A stretch of 64,000 nt of DNA. Source: a bacterium (GTDB lineage Bacteria; UBA8248; JACPRG01; G963555815). A model generated the notes under the pieces. The model made no database searches. It had not been told where the DNA came from and saw only the letters and a list, made by a program, of their open reading frames with translations. This document shows, piece after piece, positions 27,295 through 37,695 of this stretch; the first letter of the stretch is position 1; the number at the start of each line of letters is the position of its first letter. Where the stretch lies: the NCBI GenBank assembly GCA_963555815.3, contig CAUVWX020000002.1, forward strand, positions 96,001 to 160,000, read 5' to 3'. A program made the translations under genes and the position numbers.

Positions 27295-29580
27295 ATGAAT
27301 CCAGACTCCTTTGTCCGGGAAACCTTCTACTGGGGTCAGACGCCTTCTCTGGCCTGGTTTCTGCCCCTTTCGATTTCTGCCCTGGTCCTCCTTCTCGCCT
27401 ATGTGTTCTGGACTCGACAGCGGTTGGGGACGCCGATGGCCCTAGCCTTGGCGGGTCTCAGGTTCCTCACTTTTGGGGTCCTCCTCAGCTTTTTCTTTCA
27501 TCCCACGCTCCTTCGACAAACCTTGAGACGCCTTCCCTCCGAGGTGGCCGTTCTGGTAGACACGTCCGGTAGCATGGACATCCGGGAAAAGGGTGCGAAG
27601 GAGACGCGCCTCGAGCGGGCGAAGGCGCTCCTCTCAGCAGAGGACTCACCGCTTCGCCGCATCCTCTCTGAGGCGGGAAGGATCCACTACTTCGCCTTTG
27701 ACCGAAAGACCAAAACCCTTCGGGAGGCCGATCTTCCCGGGCTGGAGGCCGAAGGAACGGGGACGGATATCACGGAGGCCCTGGATGAAATAAAGAGGGC
27801 CTTCCCGGGAACTCCCCTCTCGGCGGCCATCCTCCTGAGCGATGGAGCGGCGAATCTGGGCGCCTCGGAGGGGGTTGGGGCGGCCGAGGGTTTCGGGGCC
27901 CCTGTGGTGGCCATCGGGGTGGGGGATCGATCCAGGTTCAAGGACCTGCAGGTCCTCGACCTGAACGCGCCAGACCTGGCCTTTATCGACCACGAGGCGA
28001 ACGTCCGCTTCAAGGTGCGGGCCCTCGGGTTCCAGGGAAAGCGGGTGCCCCTGGTCCTCAAGAGGGAGGGCCAGGTCATCGCCACCCGGGTCCTCACTGT
28101 TTCGGAGGATTCCTCTGAGCAGGAAGTGGAGTTCAAGTTTGTCCCCCAGGAGGTCGGCCAATTCCGGTTCTCCGTGGAGGTCGCCTTCCAGGTGGGCGAG
28201 CACAGTCGCGATAACAATTCGCGCTCCTTTCCCCTTCAAGTCTTGCGGGATAAACTCCGCATCCTCTATGTGAGCGGGCGGCCCTCTTGGAATTACCGCT
28301 TTTTCCGGCAGGCCTTGAAGGGCGAGCCCGGCTTTGACCTCGTTTCCTTCGTCATCCTGCGCACCATCACCGATTCGGTTGACATCCCCCAGAACGAGCT
28401 GAGTCTGATCTCCTTCCCTACGGAGCGAATCTTTACCAAAGAGCTCCAGAATTTTGACCTCCTCATCTTCGACAACTTCTCCTTCCGAGTCTATTTCCCC
28501 TATTACTATCTGGAGAACATTGCCCGGTACGTTGAGCAGGGGGGGGCCTTCCTCATGCTGGGAGGGGAGGACTCCTTCGGGGGAGGCGGCTATGCCAACA
28601 CCGCCGTGGAGGCCATCCTTCCGGTGGAGCTCAACCGCCCGGCGCAGCCTTATGTCGTCGCCCCGGTGCAGCCAAGCCTGAGCAGTACCGGAAAGACTCA
28701 CCCCATCACCCAGCTCTCACCGGACCCCGAAGAAAACCTCAGGATCTGGTCGCGCCTGCCCGCCCTTCGTGGCTATAACCCGACCCTTCGGACCAAGCCG
28801 GAGGCGACGGTCCTGGCCGTCCTGGGGACAGAGGAAGGCCCGGGAGAATTTGGCTCGCCTCTCATGGCAGTGATGGATTCAGGCCGGGGGAGGACGATGG
28901 CCATCCTCACGGATTCCCTCTGGCGGTGGAACTTTGAGATGGTTGGGGCGGGGTTGGGAAATCAGCCCTATCTGCGGCTGGTGAAGAGTGCCATTCACTG
29001 GCTCTCCCGGTCTCCTTCGCTGGATCGGGTCCGCCTCTCCTCCCTTCAGAGCCACTACCGGACCGGGGAGGAAGTGGAGATCCGCCTGCGCATTCTCGGT
29101 GAGGACTACCGCCCCTCCCCGGCGGGCGAGGTGGTGGGCTCTCTCATGGACCCAAACGGGCTTCAAGTTCCCCTTCGGTTCGAGGCCGCCAGCGAGCCCG
29201 GCCTCTATGTGGCCCGCTCCCTTCTCAAAGTTCTTGGTCCCTATCGGGTCTCGGCAGAGGCCCGTCGGGGAGATATGACGCTGGGGACCAGCGAGATTTC
29301 CCTGACCGCGCAACGCTTTGACCTGGAGGCGGAGGACGCGTCCCCCCGTGGGGAGTATCTTCGCGCCTTGGCCCGGGCCGCGCGCGGGGCTTATTTTGAG
29401 GCTTCGGCCTTTGATGACACCTCTGCCGAGGAGGTGGGCCGCCTTCTTGAAGGACGGGCCCGGCACGACCTGGTGGAGGAGCGGGAGCTGCCCTTGTGGC
29501 GGATTGAATATGTCTTCGCCGCCCTTGTCCTTCTTCTGGGCCTCGAATGGGTGCTTCGCCGAAGGAGGGGGCTTTCTTGA
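27295..29580 (+). CDS. vWA plus glutamine-amidotransferase-like membrane protein
   Basis: DTSGSM, LLSDG, GGAFLMLGG.DSF..GGY, WRW, EWVLRRR. Confidence 0.85.
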   Translation: MNPDSFVRETFYWGQTPSLAWFLPLSISALVLLLAYVFWTRQRLGTPMALALAGLRFLTFGVLLSFFFHPTLLRQTLRRLPSEVAVLVDTSGSMDIREKGAKETRLERAKALLSAEDSPLRRILSEAGRIHYFAFDRKTKTLREADLPGLEAEGTGTDITEALDEIKRAFPGTPLSAAILLSDGAANLGASEGVGAAEGFGAPVVAIGVGDRSRFKDLQVLDLNAPDLAFIDHEANVRFKVRALGFQGKRVPLVLKREGQVIATRVLTVSEDSSEQEVEFKFVPQEVGQFRFSVEVAFQVGEHSRDNNSRSFPLQVLRDKLRILYVSGRPSWNYRFFRQALKGEPGFDLVSFVILRTITDSVDIPQNELSLISFPTERIFTKELQNFDLLIFDNFSFRVYFPYYYLENIARYVEQGGAFLMLGGEDSFGGGGYANTAVEAILPVELNRPAQPYVVAPVQPSLSSTGKTHPITQLSPDPEENLRIWSRLPALRGYNPTLRTKPEATVLAVLGTEEGPGEFGSPLMAVMDSGRGRTMAILTDSLWRWNFEMVGAGLGNQPYLRLVKSAIHWLSRSPSLDRVRLSSLQSHYRTGEEVEIRLRILGEDYRPSPAGEVVGSLMDPNGLQVPLRFEAASEPGLYVARSLLKVLGPYRVSAEARRGDMTLGTSEISLTAQRFDLEAEDASPRGEYLRALARAARGAYFEASAFDDTSAEEVGRLLEGRARHDLVEERELPLWRIEYVFAALVLLLGLEWVLRRRRGLS

Positions 29581-29753
29581 AAAGAGTGGATCTCTCAGGT
29601 TGAACTTTCGTCGAGGGTGGGGCTTATAATTGCTAAAGTCATCCGTGGCAGGCGGGGTGTCCCGCCCCGGAGGAGAGGTCGTGGACGAAGGCTTCGAAGG
29701 TCAACGCTTAGGGGAGAAAGAGAGAAGTTCGATGGCAATACCAACTACGCCCC

Positions 29754-30557
29754 GTGGCAGGTGGTGACGTGAACCTTCGGGTGGAGACAACCCCCCGCAG
29801 GTCTCGGCGCACCCTGGGAGTGGTCCTCGCGGTCCTTGGGGTGTTTATGCTGACCGCCTGCGCCAGGACCGTCAAAGAGCGTTCTCTCGAACGCTCCAGC
29901 GTGCTTTGGGATTTTCGGGTGGATATCCCCTCTGACCCATGGGAGGAGGGGCTTGGGGTGTCCCCCTTCGTTCAGCGGGAGACGAGTGTTCTCACGGATT
30001 TGGCCTATCACAATCCCTTCACCGGGGGGGCCATCTTCCTTCGGGTCCGTCCCCTCTGGTTTCGCTACGGGGATTTTAGCATGGAGGATCATGCCCGGGG
30101 GGCCTATCGGGCCTTTATCGAGATTGAAGGAAACGATCTCCGGGTCTATAAGGACGGCCATTTCGTGCCGCTGGAAGAGGGGTGGCAAACGAAGAACGTG
30201 GCGGGGAAGTATCAGAAGATTGAGATCCCCTTGAGGGGGAGCATCTCCCGATTCGAGGAGGTGGATGAGGAGGCCGAGAAGAGGAGGGTTGAAGCGGAGG
30301 TGGAGGAAGAAGAGGAAGAAGAGGATAAGTTCGGCCCGGAGGACAGGATCGAGGAGCAACGAAGGAGGAATGCGCTGAGGCGCACACTATCCCGGATCAC
30401 CCAGGACACTTTGGCCAAGATTGTCATCATCTTGCGGCGTTCCGTTCCCTCCGATCTTCTCTATGCGTTTTATTTCGTCGGCCACGAGCTGGCCTCTCCG
30501 CAGGACCTCGAGGCTTTTGACCGCCTCGTGGAAAGTTTTGAGATATCGAGGAAGTAG
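29754..30557 (+). CDS. Hypothetical lipoprotein with acidic stretch (start possibly GTG 29769)
   Basis: Lipobox LTAC after a hydrophobic run; poly-Glu segment. Confidence 0.65.
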   Translation: MAGGDVNLRVETTPRRSRRTLGVVLAVLGVFMLTACARTVKERSLERSSVLWDFRVDIPSDPWEEGLGVSPFVQRETSVLTDLAYHNPFTGGAIFLRVRPLWFRYGDFSMEDHARGAYRAFIEIEGNDLRVYKDGHFVPLEEGWQTKNVAGKYQKIEIPLRGSISRFEEVDEEAEKRRVEAEVEEEEEEEDKFGPEDRIEEQRRRNALRRTLSRITQDTLAKIVIILRRSVPSDLLYAFYFVGHELASPQDLEAFDRLVESFEISRK

Positions 30558-30639
30558 ACATTCTCCCGCCTTGCTCCCGATGGTTGGATTCCCAGTGGTG
30601 GAGGACCCAGGGAAAACTGGGTCAACCAGTCTTTAGACC

Positions 30640-31188
30640 GTGAAGTGGCCCTTTGTCATCGGTGTCCTCTCGGATACCCATGGGTACCTTGACCCGCAGG
30701 TCTTCTCCCTTTTTAAGGATGTGGACCACATCCTCCACGCGGGGGACCTCGGCTCTGAAGAGGTGGCCGTCGAGCTCGAGGCCCTGGCGCCCCTGACGGC
30801 CGTTTCAGGGAATGTGGATGGCCACCTCCCCCCTGGACGGTTTCCTCCCTTCAAGCGTTTTAAGGCGAGAGGATGGAGTTTCCTCGTTACGCACGAGGCC
30901 CTGATGGGAGATCGGATGGTTGGGGAGCTGGAGCGGGTCCTAGAGCTTGAGCGGGCCGACGTGGTTATCTTTGGCCATTCCCATCAGCCCTTCTATGGTC
31001 AGATTGGGGACCAATACCTCTTCAACCCTGGCGCCGCCGGGAAGAAGAGATTTCGCCTCCCAAGGACGGTGGGGCGCCTGGTGATGGAAAAGGAGGGGAC
31101 CTTGAGGGGCTCCGTTATCTCACTGGAGGGTGAATCCGGGGATGAGGGAACCTTTGTGGTCAGGGGCCCTCTCGGGGGAGAGAAGTAG
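30640..31188 (+). CDS. YfcE-like metallophosphoesterase
   Basis: SDTHG, HAGD, GNVD, GHSH, NPG. Confidence 0.9.
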   Translation: MKWPFVIGVLSDTHGYLDPQVFSLFKDVDHILHAGDLGSEEVAVELEALAPLTAVSGNVDGHLPPGRFPPFKRFKARGWSFLVTHEALMGDRMVGELERVLELERADVVIFGHSHQPFYGQIGDQYLFNPGAAGKKRFRLPRTVGRLVMEKEGTLRGSVISLEGESGDEGTFVVRGPLGGEK

Positions 31189-31288
31189 AGACGGGAGAGG
31201 CGGGGGCTTGCCAATCGGGTGGGGGGGACTATATGTTTTGTTTTTATAAGGCTATCGAAGAGCTGGGCTTCACAACGGAGGTGAGTCC

Positions 31289-33019
31289 ATGGGAGTAATC
31301 CTGGCGAAGACGGCGGGTTTTTGCTGGGGCGTGAAGCGCGCCATTGACATCGCCCTCGATACGGCCAGCGAGGCAGAGGGCAAGGTCTACACCCACGGCC
31401 CTCTCATTCATAACCCACAGGCCGTTCAGTTCCTGGAACAGAAGAATGTTCAGGTCCTGCCGGCTGAGGAACACCCTCAAGAGGGAACGGTGGTGATCCG
31501 GGCCCACGGTGTCTCCCCTCAGACCCGGGCCGAGATCAAGAGCTGGGGGCTGGCATTCAAGGACGCGACCTGTCCTATTGTGGCCCAGGTCCAGGGGGTC
31601 ACGAAAAAGTACGCCCGAAAGGGCTACACGACCGTCATCATCGGTGAGGTAGGACACCCCGAGATCGTGGGCCTCCTGGGCTTTTCTCAGGGAAGGGGGA
31701 TCGTGGTCCGGTCCATTGAAGATGTGAAGCGCCTTCCCCCCTTGGAAAAGGTCAATGTGGTCGCCCAGACGACGACCAACACGCTGGAGTTTAAAAAGAT
31801 CGTTAAGGCGCTGGAGGAAAAATATCCTGGCTGCCTCGTCCATAACACCATCTGCCAGGACACCATCGACCGGCAAGAAGAGATCGTGACGCTGGCCCAG
31901 GCCGTGAACGCCTTGGTGGTCGTCGGAGGGTACAACAGCGGCAACACCCAGCGCTTGGCCGAGATCTCACGCTCTTTCGGGACCCCCACCTTTCACGTGG
32001 AGACCGAGGAGGAGTTAGACCTGGAAGTCCTTTCCCACTACGACGATATCGGCGTTATCGCCGGGGCCTCCACACCGAGCTGGATGATCCGGCGGGTCAT
32101 CGACGCCATTGAGGGTGCAAAAGGTGCGGCCTCGGCCCTGGGGACGGGCTGGCAGAAGGTGGCTGAATTCTTCCTGAAGTCGAATATCTATGCAGCCGCC
32201 GCCGCCGCCTGCCTGGCCCTCGCCGTCAATTTGCTTCAGGGTTACCCTCTCCCCCGCTGGTTCTTCCTTATTCCAGCCCTCTATATTTTCGGGCTGCACA
32301 CCTTCAACTCCTGGAGCAGTTTGGAGGCAAACCGTTATAACGACCCCGTTCGCGCTAGGTTCTACGAACGGTACTGGATCACCATGACGGCCCTGGCCTC
32401 AGCGGCCCTCATCGGGGGACTCGCCTTGATCGCCCTGATCTCTCTTCCGGCCTTTGCCTTGCTCCTGGTTGCCAGCGGCCTCGGGACCTATTACACCCTT
32501 CGCATCGAGCCAAGGAGGTTCAAGCGGCTGGACCTTTGGAGGCTGCCTGCCTCCCGCTGCCTTGTGACGCCTCTTGCCTGGATCTTAGTTGCGGTCCTTT
32601 TACCCCTCTGGGTCGCCCCAGCGGGATTTCTCCAGACCATCTCCCTGGGGACCCTGGTGGCGGCTCTCTTTGTGTTGCCCCTTATCTTCAGCGTGACGGC
32701 CATGGTGGATCTCCGGGACATCCAGGGGGATCGGATTGTCGGCAAGGACACCCTCCCGATTCTCATCAGCACCTGGATGACCCGAAAGACGATCATGGTC
32801 GTTTGCGCCGCCACGGCGGTGGGTCTCTTCCTGGCCTCTCTGCTGGGGTGGACGACCTCCCTCGGGTATCTCTTCATCGCCTCCCCAGCCTACACCGTGT
32901 GGGTCCTTTACTTCTCCTACAAGCGGAAGGTGATGAGCCTTCTCCTGAACCAGACCCTCATCGAGGGGGCCATTATGTTCCCAGGCCTCATCGCTCTCGG
33001 GTGGTATCTCGCCGGGTGA
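31289..33019 (+). CDS. ispH: 4-hydroxy-3-methylbut-2-enyl diphosphate reductase fused to a UbiA-like prenyltransferase membrane domain
   Basis: AGFCWGV, DATCP, GHPE, TICQ, SGNT, GASTP; C-terminal multi-TM domain with DLRDIQGD..VG..TLP. Confidence 0.92.
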   Translation: MGVILAKTAGFCWGVKRAIDIALDTASEAEGKVYTHGPLIHNPQAVQFLEQKNVQVLPAEEHPQEGTVVIRAHGVSPQTRAEIKSWGLAFKDATCPIVAQVQGVTKKYARKGYTTVIIGEVGHPEIVGLLGFSQGRGIVVRSIEDVKRLPPLEKVNVVAQTTTNTLEFKKIVKALEEKYPGCLVHNTICQDTIDRQEEIVTLAQAVNALVVVGGYNSGNTQRLAEISRSFGTPTFHVETEEELDLEVLSHYDDIGVIAGASTPSWMIRRVIDAIEGAKGAASALGTGWQKVAEFFLKSNIYAAAAAACLALAVNLLQGYPLPRWFFLIPALYIFGLHTFNSWSSLEANRYNDPVRARFYERYWITMTALASAALIGGLALIALISLPAFALLLVASGLGTYYTLRIEPRRFKRLDLWRLPASRCLVTPLAWILVAVLLPLWVAPAGFLQTISLGTLVAALFVLPLIFSVTAMVDLRDIQGDRIVGKDTLPILISTWMTRKTIMVVCAATAVGLFLASLLGWTTSLGYLFIASPAYTVWVLYFSYKRKVMSLLLNQTLIEGAIMFPGLIALGWYLAG

Positions 33020-33076
33020 AGGTTCCTCAGACCAGGCCTCTTGGATGATGTCCAAAAGGCATAGGCGGACTCTCTC

Positions 33077-34897
33077 GTGAAACGAGACCTCATGGGGACC
33101 CTGAAAGAGCGGGTTCTTTTAGCAGACGGGGCGGTGGGGACCCTCCTCTTTGGACGTGGGATTGAGATGAGTCAATGTCTGGAGAGCCTGAACCTCACGG
33201 ACCCCGATCTCATCCGTTCCCTCCACCGTTCTTACATCGAGGCGGGGGCCGACATCATCGAGGCCAACAGCTTTGGGTGCAACCGCCTGAGGCTGGAGAA
33301 GCACGGCTTGGATGCCGATGCCCGCCAGATCGCCAAAAGAGCGGCTGAGATCGCCCGGGAGGCGGCGGGGGAGGACATCTTTGTGGCGGGGAGCGTTGGG
33401 CCTCTGGGGGCCCTTCTCAAGCCCTACGGGGACCTGGACAGTGACGAGGCCTACGCCCTCTTCGCCGAGCCCATCGCGGGTCTTCTCGAGGGGGGGGCCG
33501 ATGCCATCCTGGTGGAGACCTTCATCGATTTGGAGGAGGCCAAGGCTGCCGTCCGAGCCGCCCGCGACCTTCACGCCCCCGCCATCATCTGCCAGCTGGC
33601 CTTCACCGAAGAGGGGAGTACACTCCTCGGGGCGACGCCCGCCTCCCTTCTCAGCGCCATGGAGGGTGATACCTTGGTCCTGGGGGCAAACTGCGGGATG
33701 GGCCCCGAGGGAATGCTCCACTTTGTGGAAGACCTGTGCTCCAAAACCCAAGGGGCGATCTCGGCCATGCCCAACGCGGGATTTCCCCAACAGGTGGAAG
33801 GTCGGATTATCTATCTCACGACGCCGGACTATTTTGCCCACTATTGTCTCCAGTACGTAGAGGCGGGGGCAAACATCGTCGGGGGCTGTTGCGGCACTAC
33901 CGCCCCACACATTACAGCCGCCCGAAAGGCCTTGGACAAGAGGGGAAGACGCCCTGTAGTGCGCCGATCCCCCCAGTCGGGGGTGGGCCTTGAGAAGACC
34001 TCCGCACAGCCGGAGAACCCGCTCCTGCAGGCCCTCCAGTCCAAGTTTGTCACCACGGTTGAGATCAGTCCACCTCGCGGTGCCGAAGTCTCAAGGGTGG
34101 TGACGGGGGCCGCCCGCCTGAAGGCGAGAGGGGTCCAGGCCCTCAACGTGACGGATGGGGCCATGGGCCGGGTCCGGATGAGCCCCACCGCCATCGCCCG
34201 CCTCATTCGTGAGAAGGTGGACCTCGAGATCATCCTGCATTTCACCTGCCGAGACCGAAACCTCATCGGGCTCCAGGCGGAGCTCCTAGGGGCCTACGCG
34301 CTGGGCGTGCGAAACATCCTGGCCCTGACAGGAGATCCGCCAAACCTCCCCGAGGTTCCCAAGGTGACCGGGGTCTTTGATGTGAGGGCCTCCGGCCTCG
34401 TCCGGCTCATCAACCAGTTGAACCGCGGTGAGGATACGGCGGGGAAATCCATCGGTGAGGCGACGGGTCTTTCCGTGGGCGTGGCGGCGAACCCCGGGGC
34501 CGGTGACCTCGGGCTCGAGGTGAAGCGGCTTCGAGACAAGGTCGCCGCCGGGGCTGACTTCATTCATACCCAGGCGGTCTTCGACCTAGATTTGTTCGAT
34601 CGGTTCTTGGAGCGGGCGGAGCCCATTGGGGTTCCCATCCTGGCCGGAGTCCTCCCCCTGAAGACCTCCAGGAGCGCCGAATACCTCCACAACGAGGTCC
34701 CGGGAATCCTCGTCCCCGACGCCATCCGCACGCGGCTTTCCAATGCCAAGACCCCTGAGGCTGAGGTGGAAGTGGGGATCGAGATCGCCCGAGGCCTCCT
34801 CGAAAGTCTTCGCAGTCGAACGGCCGGCGCCTGCCTCATGACCCCCACAAATGATTTTGACTTCATCCTCAGGCTCCTCGAGGGTGTTCCCCTCTGA
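33077..34897 (+). CDS. yitJ: Bifunctional homocysteine S-methyltransferase / 5,10-methylene-THF reductase
   Basis: DGAVGT, GANCG, PNAG.P, GGCCGT; HFTCRDRN, ALTGDP. Confidence 0.92.
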   Translation: MKRDLMGTLKERVLLADGAVGTLLFGRGIEMSQCLESLNLTDPDLIRSLHRSYIEAGADIIEANSFGCNRLRLEKHGLDADARQIAKRAAEIAREAAGEDIFVAGSVGPLGALLKPYGDLDSDEAYALFAEPIAGLLEGGADAILVETFIDLEEAKAAVRAARDLHAPAIICQLAFTEEGSTLLGATPASLLSAMEGDTLVLGANCGMGPEGMLHFVEDLCSKTQGAISAMPNAGFPQQVEGRIIYLTTPDYFAHYCLQYVEAGANIVGGCCGTTAPHITAARKALDKRGRRPVVRRSPQSGVGLEKTSAQPENPLLQALQSKFVTTVEISPPRGAEVSRVVTGAARLKARGVQALNVTDGAMGRVRMSPTAIARLIREKVDLEIILHFTCRDRNLIGLQAELLGAYALGVRNILALTGDPPNLPEVPKVTGVFDVRASGLVRLINQLNRGEDTAGKSIGEATGLSVGVAANPGAGDLGLEVKRLRDKVAAGADFIHTQAVFDLDLFDRFLERAEPIGVPILAGVLPLKTSRSAEYLHNEVPGILVPDAIRTRLSNAKTPEAEVEVGIEIARGLLESLRSRTAGACLMTPTNDFDFILRLLEGVPL

Positions 34898-34921
34898 TCC
34901 TGCACATGACTTCGAGAGGAG

Positions 34922-35821
34922 GTGGCGAAGATGAACAGGAGGTGCAAGGGAAAGGACCTCCGTTCCGGGTGGGCTCGAGGAGGAGTTTTTGTCTTTTTCC
35001 TAATGGGTGTGTTTCTTGTTTCGGTCTCTTTGGCTCAGACCCCTCCCGGTTTCCCGGACTTTGGGAACAAGATAATAGGGCCGGCCCTCGAACAGGTGGA
35101 GGACCCCCGTCAACTTCCCTTTTCGGACTTTTGGGAGAAGGAGGGGGAACTCTGGGCGAAGATTGCGGAGATCATCGAGGCCCTCCGTCTCATTGATGAG
35201 CGGCTACTTCCTCTGGAAAAGAGGAAAGAGGAGGTGGTTTCAGCCTTGCGGGACCTTCGCAGACAAGACATTTCTCGGGTGAAACAGGCGCCCCGCCTTC
35301 GTGCCCTTGAGGAGATCACAAAATCCACCAAGCCCCTTGCTTCCCAGAGGACCCGGCTCACGGTCGAACTCTCCTCCCTCCTTGTCAGATGGAATCTCCT
35401 TCAAACCCAGGCCTCGCATCAGTTTGAGAGGGAAGGGGCCAAGTTCAGGCAGGTTGTCGCCGACGACGTCGTGAACCGATTCGTGAAGGGTTTTCAAAGG
35501 GCGGACGCTACGGCTGTTTCAAAACTCCTTCTCCGAGGGGGTCAGGTCAACGAGCGCTGGGACCAAAGGGGTTATAAACGTCACCTGACGGAACTCTTCA
35601 AGACAAGCCAGGTGCAGGAATTTCGCATTCCCGATTGGACGCTCCGAGAGGTGAACCCTTACACCATACAGGTGGAGGGCCGATATTTTTTAAAGATAGC
35701 GAAGAAGCCCACGGGAGAGGAAAAACCCACCCCCCCTAAGACGAAAGAGGATGATCTCGTTTTTGTAATCCACGAGGTCTCGGGCGAATGGCTCATCTCA
35801 AACCTGACGGGCGCCCCCTAA
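34922..35821 (+). CDS. Exported hypothetical protein, coiled coil plus NTF2-like C-terminal domain
   Basis: Signal/TM segment, helical region, beta-rich tail ending GEWLI. Confidence 0.6.
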   Translation: MAKMNRRCKGKDLRSGWARGGVFVFFLMGVFLVSVSLAQTPPGFPDFGNKIIGPALEQVEDPRQLPFSDFWEKEGELWAKIAEIIEALRLIDERLLPLEKRKEEVVSALRDLRRQDISRVKQAPRLRALEEITKSTKPLASQRTRLTVELSSLLVRWNLLQTQASHQFEREGAKFRQVVADDVVNRFVKGFQRADATAVSKLLLRGGQVNERWDQRGYKRHLTELFKTSQVQEFRIPDWTLREVNPYTIQVEGRYFLKIAKKPTGEEKPTPPKTKEDDLVFVIHEVSGEWLISNLTGAP

Positions 35822-35856
35822 GGCCGTTCGCCGAAGCCTCCCTATTCTAGGGTGAG

Positions 35857-36918
35857 ATGATGTACGTTAAAGAACTAAAAGCGCCTTCTGACGACGGGAA
35901 ACCCCGTTCAAGCCAGGGTCCTTCCCCCGAGGAACCGGCGTTTTATCGGGTATCGACTGCTCCAGAGGAGACAACGCTTTTCGACGCCTATTCTCGGGCG
36001 GTGGTCCGAGCCGTCGAGCAGGTCTCCCCTGCCGTGGTCCACATCCACCGGGGAGGATCCAGGAAAAAGGCTGAAACTCGGTCAGGGCGGAGTGACCAGG
36101 GCTCGGGCTCCGGCGTCGTGTTCGCCCCCGATGGATTTATCCTGACCAATGACCATGTGGTCCGGGGGGCGCGCTCCCTCTCCGTCAGCCTCAATGACGG
36201 CCAAAGCGTGGAGGCGACGGTCTTGGGAGAAGACCCCCCGACGGACCTGGCCGTCCTCCGGGCGGAGGCCAGGGATTTAACCGCCGCCCCCTTCGGGGAC
36301 TCCTCAACACTGAGGGTGGGACAGCTCGTCGTCGCCATCGGGAATCCTTTAGGCTTTCAGTGCAGTGTGACGGCGGGGGTGGTCAGCGCCCTTGGCCGTT
36401 CCCTTCGTAGCTTCAGCGGGCGTCTCATCGATCATGTGATCCAGACCGACGCCGCCCTGAACCCCGGCAACTCGGGGGGCCCCCTGGTGGACTCCCAGGG
36501 AAGGGTGGTCGGGATCAACACAGCCGCCATCCTCCCCGCCCAAGGGATCTGTTTCGCCATCCCCAGCAATACGGCAAAGCTCGTCGCGGGACAGATCATG
36601 GCGGAGGGAAGGGTGCGCCGAGGCTTTTTGGGGATCCAGGCCCAGTCGGTCACCATCCCGAAAGACATCGTCCGCTCCTACGGCCTCCCGGGAGAGGCTG
36701 GGGTGCGGGTCCTTGGGGTCGAAAAGAAAAGCCCGGCGAAAAAGGCGAGCGTTCAGGAGGGAGATTTTCTCTGGGCGGTAGACGGAAGGCCCATAGACGG
36801 GGTCGATGACCTTCACCGCATATTGACAGAGAAAAGGAAAGGGGAGGAGATCTCGCTCTCTATCGTGCGAAAAGGGAAACGCCTAGTCCTTCAGGCTACC
36901 CTCGTCGAGTCCAAATAA
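35857..36918 (+). CDS. HtrA/DegP-like trypsin serine protease with PDZ domain
   Basis: TNDHVV, DLAV, TDAALNPGNSGG. Confidence 0.93.
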   Translation: MMYVKELKAPSDDGKPRSSQGPSPEEPAFYRVSTAPEETTLFDAYSRAVVRAVEQVSPAVVHIHRGGSRKKAETRSGRSDQGSGSGVVFAPDGFILTNDHVVRGARSLSVSLNDGQSVEATVLGEDPPTDLAVLRAEARDLTAAPFGDSSTLRVGQLVVAIGNPLGFQCSVTAGVVSALGRSLRSFSGRLIDHVIQTDAALNPGNSGGPLVDSQGRVVGINTAAILPAQGICFAIPSNTAKLVAGQIMAEGRVRRGFLGIQAQSVTIPKDIVRSYGLPGEAGVRVLGVEKKSPAKKASVQEGDFLWAVDGRPIDGVDDLHRILTEKRKGEEISLSIVRKGKRLVLQATLVESK

Positions 36919-36956
36919 AAGATCTGCATCGGCACAGTGTAACGGCAGTCTGAAAT

Positions 36957-37682
36957 TCAGAGATACTCCCAGGCCCCGCTCTTTCCCCGTTTGCGCCGTC
37001 CCAGGTCGGTCATCTCCTGGACCGTGACGCCGTCAAAGACGGGCCCGTCGGTGCAAACCCGGTAGCCATTGCAGGTGCACTGGCCGCAGATGCCAATGGC
37101 GCATTTCATGTAGCGCTCAAGAGAGTAGTAGGACCGCTCGGGCGGAAGGAAAGGTTTCAGGGCGGCCATCATCTTGTCGGGCCCGCAGACGCAGTAATAT
37201 TGGCCCTCCTCGGGAAGGAGGTTTGTGATGAGGCCCTTCTTTCCCAGGGAGCCGTCCTCGGTGGCGACCTTCACAGGCCCGAGGCTTTCGAATTCCTGCC
37301 GAAAGAGAAGATCGTCGGCGGTCCTCCCTCCAAGAAGGATTTTGGGGTTTTTTGCCTGTTTGGCTAGAAGGAGGAGGGCCGCGATCCCGACCCCGCCTCC
37401 CATGAGGACTGCCCCCTCTTTCACCGGAAAGCTCTTCCCGTAAGGTCCTCGCACCCACAGGGAGTCTCCCTCCTTGAGGGCGAGAAGTCGCTCACTGTAC
37501 CAGCCGAGGTTTTTTGCCGTGATGGCGTTCTCATAGGAGAGAGAAAAAGGCTTTTCGCTCTCGCCTGGGAGCCAGGCCATCACGAATTGACCGGGCTTGG
37601 ACGGGAAGGAGTGATCGAGAAAAAGGGTGTAGTTGCCCCCGCCTTCTTCTCTTCGTTCAACGACGCGGCACCAAGTGCGCAT
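36957..37682 (-). CDS. pyrK: Dihydroorotate dehydrogenase electron transfer subunit
   Basis: PGQFVM, RGPYG, GGGVG, CGP, ERYMKCAIGICGQC, CTDGPVF. Confidence 0.92.
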   Translation of the reverse strand: MRTWCRVVERREEGGGNYTLFLDHSFPSKPGQFVMAWLPGESEKPFSLSYENAITAKNLGWYSERLLALKEGDSLWVRGPYGKSFPVKEGAVLMGGGVGIAALLLLAKQAKNPKILLGGRTADDLLFRQEFESLGPVKVATEDGSLGKKGLITNLLPEEGQYYCVCGPDKMMAALKPFLPPERSYYSLERYMKCAIGICGQCTCNGYRVCTDGPVFDGVTVQEMTDLGRRKRGKSGAWEYL

Positions 37683-37695
37683 CTTGCGCCGACCC

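Noticed and set aside
30260..30330. GAG/GAA-rich repeat
   Set aside because: Explained by the poly-Glu coding stretch
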